IMG/VR virus record: IMGVR_UViG_3300027779_001743
Location: 6,696 to 70,695 of that record
Direction: 5' to 3' (one strand)
From: a virus
Length of the DNA: 64,000 nt
Positions within the stretch are counted from its first letter, which is position 1. Each line of letters begins with the position of its first letter. The position numbers and the translations under genes were made by a program. Below, piece after piece: positions 38,089-49,211 of the stretch. The notes below the pieces were generated by a model. The model was given only the letters and a program-made list of their open reading frames with translations. It did no database searches and was not told the DNA's origin.

Positions 38089-39037
38089 AATACTAATAAC
38101 AGGCGGAGCAGGATATTTAGGTTCAGTATTGACAAGAAATTTATTAAAAAAACACGAAGTAATCGTATATGATAATTTGATGTATAATCAAACTTCATTA
38201 GTTGATTTATCAAGTAATCCAAACTTTACATTTCATTATGGAGATGTTCGTGAATGGAGTAAATTAAAAAAATTAGTAGAGCAAGTTGATATAGTAATTC
38301 CATTAGCAGCATTAGTAGGATTTCCGTTGTGTGAAAAGGATAAGGAATTAGCAACAAGTATCAACACTACACAAATTAAAAATATAGTCGATACATTAAC
38401 ATCAGACCAAAAGATATTATATCCAAATACCAATAGTGGCTATGGTTCAAGAGGTGAGGGAATGGTCACCGAAGAGGACAAGCTATCGCCAATCAGTCAT
38501 TATGGAGTAACAAAGTGCCAATCAGAAGACTATATTAAAAATAATAGTAATGGGATATCATTACGATTAGCAACCGTATTCGGTGTATCAAGTCGTATGA
38601 GAACAGACTTACTGGCAAATGACTTTGTATATAAATTATTAACGGATAAATACATCACATTATTCGAACACGAATTCGTTAGAAATTTTATTCATATACA
38701 AGATGTTAGTAGTGCATTTGAATTTATGATTGAAAATTATGATAAACATCAAAATCAAATATTTAATTTGGGGTTAAGTGATACAAACATTACAAAAAAG
38801 GAATTAGTAGAAAGAATACAAAAGTATATTCCAAAAACATCAGTAAATTATTCAGATTACTATGTTGACCCAGATAAACGAGATTATATCGTTAGTAATA
38901 AAAAAATTGAATTAACAGGTTGGAAATCACTATTTACTTTAGATGATGGAATTAAAGAATTAATTCAGTCATATAAAATGATAGTTCCAACACAATCACA
39001 ATATAGAAATACAACACCACTATCATATGTGGTTTAA
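38081..39037 (+). CDS. NAD-dependent nucleotide-sugar epimerase/dehydratase
   Basis: ITGGAGYLGS, YGVTK, LRLATVFG..RMRTDL, RNFIHIQD. TTG start at 38081 with GAGGA upstream. Confidence 0.9.
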   Translation: MSKILITGGAGYLGSVLTRNLLKKHEVIVYDNLMYNQTSLVDLSSNPNFTFHYGDVREWSKLKKLVEQVDIVIPLAALVGFPLCEKDKELATSINTTQIKNIVDTLTSDQKILYPNTNSGYGSRGEGMVTEEDKLSPISHYGVTKCQSEDYIKNNSNGISLRLATVFGVSSRMRTDLLANDFVYKLLTDKYITLFEHEFVRNFIHIQDVSSAFEFMIENYDKHQNQIFNLGLSDTNITKKELVERIQKYIPKTSVNYSDYYVDPDKRDYIVSNKKIELTGWKSLFTLDDGIKELIQSYKMIVPTQSQYRNTTPLSYVV

Positions 39038-39048
39038 TAGTAAAATAA

Positions 39049-40692
<1,644 letters not shown>

Positions 40693-40737
40693 TCTTATGG
40701 AAATTAAAAAATATCAACAACAAAATAGGAGATTATT

Positions 40738-40842
40738 ATGTTTAACAAAGTAAAACAATGGTTTGAAAACTGGAAAAAGAAGAGAAAACTAAAAAAGAAA
40801 CTTGAAGCTCTGAAAAAAAGAGACCCGTTTATTTACAAATGA
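40738..40842 (+). CDS. small basic protein (34 aa) missed by the ORF track
   Basis: MFNKVKQWFENWKKKRKLKKKLEALKKRDPFIYK, with an AGGAG SD. Its stop overlaps the next ATG (ATGA). Confidence 0.65.
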   Translation: MFNKVKQWFENWKKKRKLKKKLEALKKRDPFIYK

Positions 40843-41246
40843 ACGAGAAAGAGTTCTTTTTAGAATTATTTCCACAACAATATGAACTTCTTGATATAAA
40901 AAACTTCAAAGATTTTGACGGAGAGCAATTTTACTTCGCTAAAAACATAGAAGAGTTGGATATATTGAGAAGTTCAAATGAAGGTGGAGTTTGCAATTGT
41001 GTAAAAGAAAACACAAACAAGGCATTAGTTGAGTATTTTCACTCAATTATCAATCAAGGTATTGAATTACCTATCTTTATCAATTTCAAAAATCAAGTAA
41101 TGGACGGACATCACAGAATGCAAGCATATAATTTACTTGGTAGAACCGAAATACCAATATATCGTAACAAATTACATAGAAAACACGGATTTTGTTGGAA
41201 AAAGGGTGTAGAAGGTAAGCGCCGTTTACGACATAAAATTTGGTAA
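40839..41246 (+). CDS. ParB/sulfiredoxin-like domain protein
   Basis: LPIFI..VMDGHHRMQAY..LG..EIP. Confidence 0.7.
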   Translation: MNEKEFFLELFPQQYELLDIKNFKDFDGEQFYFAKNIEELDILRSSNEGGVCNCVKENTNKALVEYFHSIINQGIELPIFINFKNQVMDGHHRMQAYNLLGRTEIPIYRNKLHRKHGFCWKKGVEGKRRLRHKIW

Positions 41247-41289
41247 TTTTATATTTATAGTTGTATAGATATATTTAAATTAGGACGAA

Positions 41290-42162
41290 ATGATAAAACT
41301 TAAAAACATATTATTTGAAGCAAGCATAACAGGCCAAACCCAAAGTTCAGAAGAACTTGGTGGATATAAAGGTTTCTTTAAATTATCTGAAATGGAAAAG
41401 TATAAGAAGTGGATAAAGAAAACACTTCGTGTAGAATTAGTAGAGGGTGTTGATGACCCAGGAATATTGAAGGCAGTATTCTTAGCAGGTGGACCAGGTT
41501 CAGGTAAAACTTATATTGCAAAAGGATTATTCGGAATACCTGATAGAATTAATGTATCTCAAACAGGTATGAAAATGGTCAATTCAGATAAAGAATTAAA
41601 ATACTTATTGAATAAGTTTGGATTCGGTACTGATTTAGATTCCTTACCAGATGAAGTATTTGCCAATTTAACAAACCCATCAGACCCAAAGTATAGTGGT
41701 TTGAGAAGTTTCGCAAAAGACTTAACGGGTCAAAGAAGAAAATTATATCAAAACGGAAGACTCGGTATGATTATTGACGGAACCGGCGATGAGTTTAATA
41801 AAATCTCAATGGAAAAGAGAGAATTGGAAGCAGTCGGATATGATTGCTATATGGTATTTGTTAATACATCATTAGATGTAGCACTTGAAAGAAATGAAAA
41901 ACGAGATAGAATATTACCAGAAAAGATTGTAAAAGATTCACACAAAGCAGTAACTCAGAATATGGGTGGATATCAAGGATTATTCGGTGGTAGTAACTTT
42001 ATGATAGTGGATAATAATAAAACACTAGATGAGGACGCAGCAACAAAAAGATTTAATATGTTGGTTAAACAAGGTATTGGAAAATTTATTAAAACACCGC
42101 TCAAGAATAAACGAGGTTTATCTTGGATTAGAAAAAATAAAATACTAAAAGGGAAAAAATAA
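41290..42162 (+). CDS. P-loop kinase (zeta-toxin/AAA_33-like) with putative capsid-targeting leader
   Basis: KAVFLAGGPGSGKT, VNSD, IIDGTG, VFVNTSLDVALERN..R. N-terminus MIKLKNILFE. Confidence 0.75.
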   Translation: MIKLKNILFEASITGQTQSSEELGGYKGFFKLSEMEKYKKWIKKTLRVELVEGVDDPGILKAVFLAGGPGSGKTYIAKGLFGIPDRINVSQTGMKMVNSDKELKYLLNKFGFGTDLDSLPDEVFANLTNPSDPKYSGLRSFAKDLTGQRRKLYQNGRLGMIIDGTGDEFNKISMEKRELEAVGYDCYMVFVNTSLDVALERNEKRDRILPEKIVKDSHKAVTQNMGGYQGLFGGSNFMIVDNNKTLDEDAATKRFNMLVKQGIGKFIKTPLKNKRGLSWIRKNKILKGKK

Positions 42163-42644
42163 TGTTAACATCATTTGACGAAATTATAGAAATAACTTTA
42201 GAACACGAAGGTGGATATGTCCACGACCCAAAAGATTTAGGCGGAGAAACAAACTTCGGTGTAGCAAAAAGATTTTATCCAGATGTAGATATCAAAAATC
42301 TTACAAAGGAAGAAGCAACAGATATTTACAGAGCAGATTATTGGGACAAGAATAGAGTAGAAGAACTACCAGAACATCTTAGACATATATTTTTTGATAT
42401 GTGTGTAAATCAAGGTAGAGGAACTGCAGTAAAGATTTTACAACGAGCGTGTGTAGCAAAAGGAGCCAACATAGCAATTGATGGGGGTATGGGTGCAGGA
42501 ACAATGAATGCAATCACCACATACAAACCTTCAGACGAAAGAGTTCGTTGTTATAGATTAAAATTTTATTACGATTTAGTAAATAAAAAACCCGAACAAG
42601 AACGATTTTTGTTTGGATGGTTTAAACGAGCATTATCAGTATAG
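42162..42644 (+). CDS. glycoside hydrolase family 108 lysozyme (endolysin)
   Basis: EHEGGYVHDPKDLGGETNFG, DMCVNQG, IDG.MG..T, FLFGW..R. Confidence 0.9.
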   Translation: MLTSFDEIIEITLEHEGGYVHDPKDLGGETNFGVAKRFYPDVDIKNLTKEEATDIYRADYWDKNRVEELPEHLRHIFFDMCVNQGRGTAVKILQRACVAKGANIAIDGGMGAGTMNAITTYKPSDERVRCYRLKFYYDLVNKKPEQERFLFGWFKRALSV

Positions 42645-42654
42645 GAGATAAAAA

Positions 42655-42996
42655 ATGGCAGTAAAAGATGTAGAAGGAACACAAGCAAGTTCCTTCGTTG
42701 GTAGAACAAAGTCAATAGATAGATTGGTAGGAAGTGAAACTATCACTAAATTACTTAAACACGTTGGTGGAACAGCAAACGCAATCTATGAAGCAACAAG
42801 TTCACAAGGTGAAGCATTGTCAACACACTTTATGGTAGCATCACAAAGTAATGTTGAATCATTGAATAGTTTTAGTGGTTCATTAGCAGACGGTGGAGCT
42901 TATAACGCAAAAGGATTGGTAACAGGAACATTGTATCCAATATCATTGAGTTATGTAAGCGCAAGTACACACACACAAGTAGATTTATTTAGATAA
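42655..42996 (+). CDS. hypothetical protein, probably virion-associated
   Basis: 113 aa, AGGAG SD, and S-x-S motifs like those in the fibre. Confidence 0.6.
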   Translation: MAVKDVEGTQASSFVGRTKSIDRLVGSETITKLLKHVGGTANAIYEATSSQGEALSTHFMVASQSNVESLNSFSGSLADGGAYNAKGLVTGTLYPISLSYVSASTHTQVDLFR

Positions 42997-42998
42997 CA

Positions 42999-43376
42999 AT
43001 GAATCAAGAATTACGACAAATCGTTAGAGAGGTCATCACAGAACTCGTAGACGATAATATTTGCATACATTGTGGAAATATCGTAGATGAGGACTTGAGA
43101 AAATGGTTCGGTAAAGGTGGAGCAGGTGGAACAACCAAAGGTGGTTGGGATAGATATGGTTCAGACGGACAGAAACTCGGTAAATGTGGTGGTGGAAAAG
43201 AAGGTGGTGCATATGCCGCTTGTTTGAGTGCCGAAAAAGCTCGTAAACTCGGTGCAGACGGAAGAGCAACATTTGTTAATCGTAAAAGACGTGACCAAAA
43301 GAAAGCTGGCGATAGTAAAAAAGGAAAACAGCGAAGTAAAGGTAAAAAACCAGTAATGAGTAAAACAGGAGTATAA
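42999..43376 (+). CDS. hypothetical basic protein
   Basis: ELRQIVREVITE leader, then EDLRKWFGKGG..GGW..KCG..CL. Confidence 0.65.
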   Translation: MNQELRQIVREVITELVDDNICIHCGNIVDEDLRKWFGKGGAGGTTKGGWDRYGSDGQKLGKCGGGKEGGAYAACLSAEKARKLGADGRATFVNRKRRDQKKAGDSKKGKQRSKGKKPVMSKTGV

Positions 43377-43377
43377 A

Positions 43378-43584
43378 ATGAGTTTAAAGTCATTAGTTAA
43401 AGAAGTAATCGCAGAAGAAAAGATAAATTTATTTGTTGAGAAGAACATTCCAACAAATCCAAGCAAGTGGTCTTATTACAAATCACAAGCTAAAAGTAAA
43501 TTTGATGTATATCCAAGTGCATATGCAAATGGTTGGGCAGCAAAAAAATATAAAGCCGCAGGTGGTGGTTGGAAGAAAGGATAG
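43378..43584 (+). CDS. small hypothetical protein
   Basis: MSLKSLVKEVIAEE leader, then KFDVYPSAYANGWAAKKYKAAGGGW. Confidence 0.7.
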   Translation: MSLKSLVKEVIAEEKINLFVEKNIPTNPSKWSYYKSQAKSKFDVYPSAYANGWAAKKYKAAGGGWKKG

Positions 43585-43588
43585 AACT

Positions 43589-44014
43589 ATGAATGAAGCA
43601 TGTTGGGTAGGATTTAAACAAGTAGGAATGAAAGACAAGGGTGGTAGAAAAGTCCCTAATTGTGTAAAAGAAGAAATGGAAATCTTTTATGAAGTGGATG
43701 GAAAAGGACACGGATATACTTTTGAATATCTTAGATTGCCAGAAGATATCAATGAAGCAGAGTATCAAGGAAGAAAAGTAAAACTCGGTAAGCCAATGCA
43801 GGGCGATATCAAAAAATTTAAAGTCTATGTTAAGAATCCAGCCGGTAATGTCGTAAAGGTAAACTTTGGACACGGTGGAACATCAGTAAAGGGTAAAGCA
43901 ATGAGAATTAGAAAATCTAATCCTGACGCTCGTAAGAATTTTAGAGCAAGACACAATTGTGATACACCAGGTCCAAGACATAAAGCAAGATACTGGAGTT
44001 GTCGTAAATGGTAA
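43589..44014 (+). CDS. two-module hypothetical protein
   Basis: NE|ACWVGFKQVGMK..VPNCVKE and INE|AEYQGRKVKLGKP..NFRARHNC..ARYWSCRKW. ATG 43589 is preferred. Confidence 0.7.
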   Translation: MNEACWVGFKQVGMKDKGGRKVPNCVKEEMEIFYEVDGKGHGYTFEYLRLPEDINEAEYQGRKVKLGKPMQGDIKKFKVYVKNPAGNVVKVNFGHGGTSVKGKAMRIRKSNPDARKNFRARHNCDTPGPRHKARYWSCRKW

Positions 44015-44376
44015 AGCTTAAAGACTTATTAAAAGAAGATGTAAAAATTCAAGTATCAAAGAAAGATGATGGGTATATTTACCAATGGAAAGAAGAAATG
44101 AAAGCAGGTAAATTTGACCCGAAAAATCCTACACTTGTAGTATCTGGTATGGGTTCATATGATTTGAAAACATTAAAAAGTAGTATTGCAGGACAATTAT
44201 TAGATTTATCAAAGAGATTAAAAAAAGGAGATGATATGGATGTTGATAATGTATATCATTTATTGATAAAGAACGATTCACTATTATATAAAGTAAAAGC
44301 TTTGAAAGATGTTCAAGATGAACTAAGAACATCAGTATGGAAAAGAAGAATTACAATCTATAAAAATAAGAGATAA
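44008..44376 (+). CDS. hypothetical protein with KLKDLLxE leader
   Basis: N-terminus MVKLKDLLKE. Confidence 0.65.
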   Translation: MVKLKDLLKEDVKIQVSKKDDGYIYQWKEEMKAGKFDPKNPTLVVSGMGSYDLKTLKSSIAGQLLDLSKRLKKGDDMDVDNVYHLLIKNDSLLYKVKALKDVQDELRTSVWKRRITIYKNKR

Positions 44377-47300
44377 ATGTTGAAAAGTAAATTAACAGAA
44401 TGGTTAGTTAGACCACTCATAAATGAGGTAGAATTACCAATCAAAGTTGGTGATACGGTCTTGATGGGTAGGTTTAAAAATAAAAAAGTTAAAGTCAAGT
44501 CAATCACTTGGAACGAAAAGGGTGATTTACAAATCAACGGCAGACCTGCACTCAAATTCAGAATACCAACATCAGATAAAAAGTTATTACCACAAAAGAA
44601 AAGTGGAAAAGATTCAGCAGAACCAGATTCAGATAGAAAAGGTGTTGAAGATGAATATCCACATTACAAATTAAAAGAATCACCAGCAAAATTTCAATCA
44701 GTTCATCTTACATCAACATTTGATTCATTGTTCGGTAGGTGGTATTCAAATCACGTTCCACTAACTACTAAATTTATGCAAAGTATATTGGGTAGAGAAC
44801 GAGTAAGTGTATTTCACGTTGGTAATGCAGAACTATCCAGCGATGTAGAAAATGTTGGAAGAATTGTTGGTAAGAAAAGTGCACTATCCACATTCTCATC
44901 AGTAGATAAAGGTGAGAAACTTGCAAAAGGACAAGGAATACAAACCAAAGGTGGTATCATATATGAATTAGAAGGAAGTTTGTTAGTAGCAAGTATACGA
45001 GATATGCAAACACATCCAGACAAAACAGGTCGTAGATGGGTTTCACCAGAATATTTAGCAGGTAAAGGTGCTGGTATGAAAATGCATAATGAATTAAAAA
45101 AATTCGTCCAATCAAATAAAAGAACCCGCCGAGATTTTGACTCCATAATGGGTGAATTTGATATCGAAATTAGTAATCAAAATGATGACTTAGATTATTC
45201 AGACCCTAAACGCATCGGACACGAAGAACGAAGAGCAATAGTTAAAAAGGAAGGGAATAGAATAAAACGAGAGTGGATTGTTAAGTATATTAATTTTTGT
45301 ATGAAAATGATGAAAAAATATGCACCACAAATCAAACGACATATATTGAGTCAAAAAGATAAACCATCAGAACACGGGTGGAACGAAATCATTGTAAATC
45401 AAATTAAAGTAAAAGATATTTTTATATTGAAGAGAGCGGTCAATTCCGCAGTCGAAAAGGCAGCTGAAAAAGTTGCAACAGGTCAAGTTACCGTAGGTTC
45501 ACCAGCACAATTTAGAAAATGGTATAATGAACGAGGTGGTGTGATTAATGAAGAGTTTGGTGCACCAGCAGGAGTTATTCCTTCACCAAGTCGTAAAGCA
45601 GTGAAGAAAAACAAAACTGACAAATTATCTGGATATAAAAAGGTTGATGAAATCGCAGTAGATACAAGAGTTAAAAAGGTTGTAGCAATTTATCCAGGTA
45701 GATTCCAACCATTTGGCCCACATCACAAAAAAGTATTTGAGGCATTAAAGGGAAAATTTGATGAAGTATATATAGCAACATCAAACATACAAGGAATGCC
45801 AAGACACCCACTCAATTTTAATGAAAAGAAAAAACATATGATAAAAATGGGTATTCCTGGAAAAAATATAATTCAAGAGAAAAATCCATACAAAGCTGAT
45901 ATATTGAGAAAATTCGGAGATGATACAGCAGTAGTTTATGTAGTGGGTAAAAAAGACGCAGGTAGATTATCATCGGGAAAATATTTTAAAGATTTCAAAT
46001 TTGCAGTAAAGAGAAAAGATTTAGTTGGATATCAAGATAATGGTTATGTTTACTCGGCACCACACCAAAAAGTTAGTGGTATATCAAGCGGAACAGAAAT
46101 CAGAAATCTATTAGGTAGTCCCAAGGTTGATGAAAAGAAAAGACAACAAATATTCAAACAAACATTTGGATACTTTGATAAGAAAACTTACGAAATGATG
46201 ACTTCACGATTCGGTAAGTTATTTGAATTTATTCAACAACCACAGATAAAAAAAATTATAAAAGAAGTTAGTGGATTTGGAACAAGTGTAAACGCAAGTG
46301 ATATGTCAGATGAAGGTATGTATGATTTCTTTGGTTCATTGGATGATTACTTTAGAATATCACCAGAACACGCAAAAATATTAGGTTGGGAAGTTATTGA
46401 TTTTCCAGTTAAAGATTCAGAAGATATGATGTTTACCATTATGGCAGACGATTATGAAAAGGATAGAGCAAAAACCGTAACATACGGAAAGACAATAAAT
46501 CAAAATAGAAAAAATACTGATTCGGTAGATAATCCATTTCCCAAATATAAAGAACTAATGATAAAGAATTTAAGTAATTTGAATTGGGAAATAGTTAAGT
46601 TCTTCGGAGAAAAATCAGTTAAAATTAAAGACTCACCAACAATTGATAAAAAAGATGTTGCAAAGGGTATTACACACATCAAGAAGATTCAAGAAGAATT
46701 TGCACAAGAAGTTAACTTATTAATAGAAGGTGGAGCATACGGACATATGAATCATCCATTTGATGATAATAATTTGATGTTTTCAGACTTGAAGAACATA
46801 GTTATTATAGGGTTAAATGGAAAGCTAAATCGAGAAGATAATGTTTCTGAAAAACTCGATGGACAAAACCTAATGATAAGTTGGGTTGATGGAAAGTTAA
46901 AGGCAGCACGAAACAATGGACACATTAAAAATCGTGGTGCAAGTGCATTAGACGCCAAAGGAATGGCAAGTAAATTCGCTGGACGAGGACAAATCAAGAA
47001 AGCATTTTACGGAGCTATGGTAGATTTAGAAAAAGCAATAGGTTCTTTATCCGACGCACAAAAAGAAAAGGTATTTGGTAATGGAACCAAATGGATGAAT
47101 TTAGAGGTTATATATCCACAAACAAGTAATATAATAGACTATGATGTTGCAGAGATTGTATTCCACGGAGCATTAGAATATGATGAAAGTGGGAAATCAA
47201 TAGGACAAGCAAAAGATAGTGCAAGAATTTTACAAGGTATGATTAAACAAGTAAATCAAAATATACAGAAAACATTTAAAATTTCAAGACCTAACTTTTT

Positions 47301-47952
47301 AAGCGTTCCAAAGTCACAAAACTTCGGTAAATTAAAGAGTCAGTTTATAGGTAAATTAAATAAATTACAATCTCGATATGGATTAAAAGATAGTGATAGA
47401 TTAGGTATGTATCACGAATCATTTTGGAAAGAATATGTATTCAAAGCAGGTAAACAATTTAAAGTGAATATTAAACCAGACCAATTCGTTAAGTTGGTTA
47501 ATCGTTGGGCATACTTTGATAAGTCTTATAAGATACCACAAATTAAGAAAGATTTTTCACAAAGTCAAGACTTTTTAAATTGGGTATTAGATACGGACAA
47601 AAAAAATCATATGAGTATCTGGAAAGAAAATGTAAAACCATTTGAAATATTATTTTTTCAAGTTGGAGCAGAAATATTAAAAAATATACAAGGGTTTTTA
47701 GCAGTATCACCCGACAAAGCAACACAAAAAATTAGACAAGATGTTATCAGTGCGATGAACGATTTAAGAAAACCTGGTAATGTAGAAAAGTTAAATAAGT
47801 TAAAAATACAAATAGAAAAATTAGAAGCTATCGGTGGATTAAATTCAGTTGTCCCGAGTGAAGGTATCGTTTTCAAGTATAAAGGAAAGATATATAAGTT
47901 CACAGGAGCATTTGCACCAATTAATCAAATACTCGGTAGTTTAAGATTTTAA
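44377..47952 (+). CDS. multidomain protein with a HIGH-class nucleotidyl(cytidyl)transferase domain and a C-terminal ligase-like (KxDG) nucleotidyltransferase domain
   Basis: VAIYPGRFQPFGPHH..VVGKKD..ISSGTEIR at about 45680-46230. EGGAYGHMNHPFD..SEKLDGQN..NLEVIY..EGIVF..KFTG at about 46730-47950. Confidence 0.7.
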   Translation: MLKSKLTEWLVRPLINEVELPIKVGDTVLMGRFKNKKVKVKSITWNEKGDLQINGRPALKFRIPTSDKKLLPQKKSGKDSAEPDSDRKGVEDEYPHYKLKESPAKFQSVHLTSTFDSLFGRWYSNHVPLTTKFMQSILGRERVSVFHVGNAELSSDVENVGRIVGKKSALSTFSSVDKGEKLAKGQGIQTKGGIIYELEGSLLVASIRDMQTHPDKTGRRWVSPEYLAGKGAGMKMHNELKKFVQSNKRTRRDFDSIMGEFDIEISNQNDDLDYSDPKRIGHEERRAIVKKEGNRIKREWIVKYINFCMKMMKKYAPQIKRHILSQKDKPSEHGWNEIIVNQIKVKDIFILKRAVNSAVEKAAEKVATGQVTVGSPAQFRKWYNERGGVINEEFGAPAGVIPSPSRKAVKKNKTDKLSGYKKVDEIAVDTRVKKVVAIYPGRFQPFGPHHKKVFEALKGKFDEVYIATSNIQGMPRHPLNFNEKKKHMIKMGIPGKNIIQEKNPYKADILRKFGDDTAVVYVVGKKDAGRLSSGKYFKDFKFAVKRKDLVGYQDNGYVYSAPHQKVSGISSGTEIRNLLGSPKVDEKKRQQIFKQTFGYFDKKTYEMMTSRFGKLFEFIQQPQIKKIIKEVSGFGTSVNASDMSDEGMYDFFGSLDDYFRISPEHAKILGWEVIDFPVKDSEDMMFTIMADDYEKDRAKTVTYGKTINQNRKNTDSVDNPFPKYKELMIKNLSNLNWEIVKFFGEKSVKIKDSPTIDKKDVAKGITHIKKIQEEFAQEVNLLIEGGAYGHMNHPFDDNNLMFSDLKNIVIIGLNGKLNREDNVSEKLDGQNLMISWVDGKLKAARNNGHIKNRGASALDAKGMASKFAGRGQIKKAFYGAMVDLEKAIGSLSDAQKEKVFGNGTKWMNLEVIYPQTSNIIDYDVAEIVFHGALEYDESGKSIGQAKDSARILQGMIKQVNQNIQKTFKISRPNFLSVPKSQNFGKLKSQFIGKLNKLQSRYGLKDSDRLGMYHESFWKEYVFKAGKQFKVNIKPDQFVKLVNRWAYFDKSYKIPQIKKDFSQSQDFLNWVLDTDKKNHMSIWKENVKPFEILFFQVGAEILKNIQGFLAVSPDKATQKIRQDVISAMNDLRKPGNVEKLNKLKIQIEKLEAIGGLNSVVPSEGIVFKYKGKIYKFTGAFAPINQILGSLRF

Positions 47953-47961
47953 GGAGTTATA

Positions 47962-48528
47962 ATGGCAGGTAAGTCAAAAGACGCAGAAAGAGAGAATAAA
48001 GCACTAAGTGCTATTCTAAAAGGTCAAGATGTAGAACAAAGGTCAATGGTTGGATATACACCTGAAGCAGAAAAAAACTTGGGTGGTAAAACAAGACAAT
48101 CAGATTTGACTGATATTATGGCAGAAGTTAGAATGCCTTGGTTTTGTCCGAATTGTAAAAAAGCAATGAAGAAAAAACTTGATGATAAATTTTGGAGAAT
48201 TGAAGGACATTGTTTTGATTGTCAAGTAGACTTTGAAAACAAACTAAGAATTGATGGTAAATATGAAACATATGCAAGAGCAAAAGTTCTTGAAAACCAA
48301 AAAGCACAACTAAAAGACTTGGAACAAAGTATTGATGACTTTGAAAAAACAGGTGGTAAGAAAAGTTGGTATAATAATGTAGGTGTGAATACACCAATGT
48401 TAGAAGAAGACAAGTGGGAAATGGGTGAAAAGGAATTTGATAAGACTATCCAAGAAGCAAGAGATTTTATTAGAAGTAATAAAGACAAAGTAGAAGAAGC
48501 AGAAAAACAACTAACGGGAGTAAAATGA
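47962..48528 (+). CDS. hypothetical protein with CxxC..CxxC zinc site
   Basis: CPNC and CFDC; AAGGAG SD. Confidence 0.7.
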   Translation: MAGKSKDAERENKALSAILKGQDVEQRSMVGYTPEAEKNLGGKTRQSDLTDIMAEVRMPWFCPNCKKAMKKKLDDKFWRIEGHCFDCQVDFENKLRIDGKYETYARAKVLENQKAQLKDLEQSIDDFEKTGGKKSWYNNVGVNTPMLEEDKWEMGEKEFDKTIQEARDFIRSNKDKVEEAEKQLTGVK

Positions 48529-48809
48529 TGAAGTTCATACAAATGATACTTAACATTTTCTTTGGTGGCAACAAGAAGAAAGAAGTTAAAGAACTTGACA
48601 AAGCAATCAAAGTAAAAGATACTGAGGTTAAGGAACTTGAAAAAGAAGTAAAAGTTCTTGAATCAAAGAAACGAGTTAACAAAAAAGAAGTAGCTAAATT
48701 AAAAAGAAAAGTAACTACTACTAAAAAACAACTAGAAAAAGCATCAGAAGCAGTAAAAGAAGATAATGCTGATGACGCAGTAAAATATTTGAAGAAGTTT
48801 TCTAAATAG
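48525..48809 (+). CDS. small coiled-coil protein with hydrophobic N-terminus (possible lysis/spanin component)
   Basis: MMKFIQMILNIFFGG followed by K/E-rich heptads. Confidence 0.5.
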   Translation: MMKFIQMILNIFFGGNKKKEVKELDKAIKVKDTEVKELEKEVKVLESKKRVNKKEVAKLKRKVTTTKKQLEKASEAVKEDNADDAVKYLKKFSK

Positions 48810-48824
48810 TATATATTTATATAT

Positions 48825-49211
48825 ATGAGACATATTATATACATACTATTTGTAGGACTTTTGTTCGCACAAGATGTCCAAGAACCTAAGACTTATTCTT
48901 TCACGGAAGAACAGGTATTGGGATTTACTAATGCAATTCAAGAATTGGAACTAAAAGATAGCTTAAATGTATCGTTAGTTTTTGATTATGAAGCAATGGT
49001 AAAGAGATTGGAAGCAACAGCAGCAATAGATTCTATGTTAATAGCAAATAAAACATTTCAAATTAGTTTACTTAAAGACACCAACAAACTTCTTGAACAA
49101 AAAGTAAAACTTGTTAGACCTAAATGGTATGAAAACAAGTGGATATACTTTACATTCGGAGTAGTAGCAACAGCAGGTTCAGTTAAACTCGCAGGTCAAA
49201 TAGTAAAGTAA
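48825..49211 (+). CDS. secreted/membrane protein (possible spanin-like)
   Basis: Signal-peptide-like MRHIIYILFVGLLFA, a coiled coil, and a C-terminal hydrophobic WIYFTFGVVATAG. Confidence 0.55.
   Translation: MRHIIYILFVGLLFAQDVQEPKTYSFTEEQVLGFTNAIQELELKDSLNVSLVFDYEAMVKRLEATAAIDSMLIANKTFQISLLKDTNKLLEQKVKLVRPKWYENKWIYFTFGVVATAGSVKLAGQIVK

Noticed and set aside
41290-42162. Zeta toxin-antitoxin module
   Set aside because: Only the generic P-loop kinase motifs are seen, no epsilon-like partner is evident, and the leader suggests a virion role.
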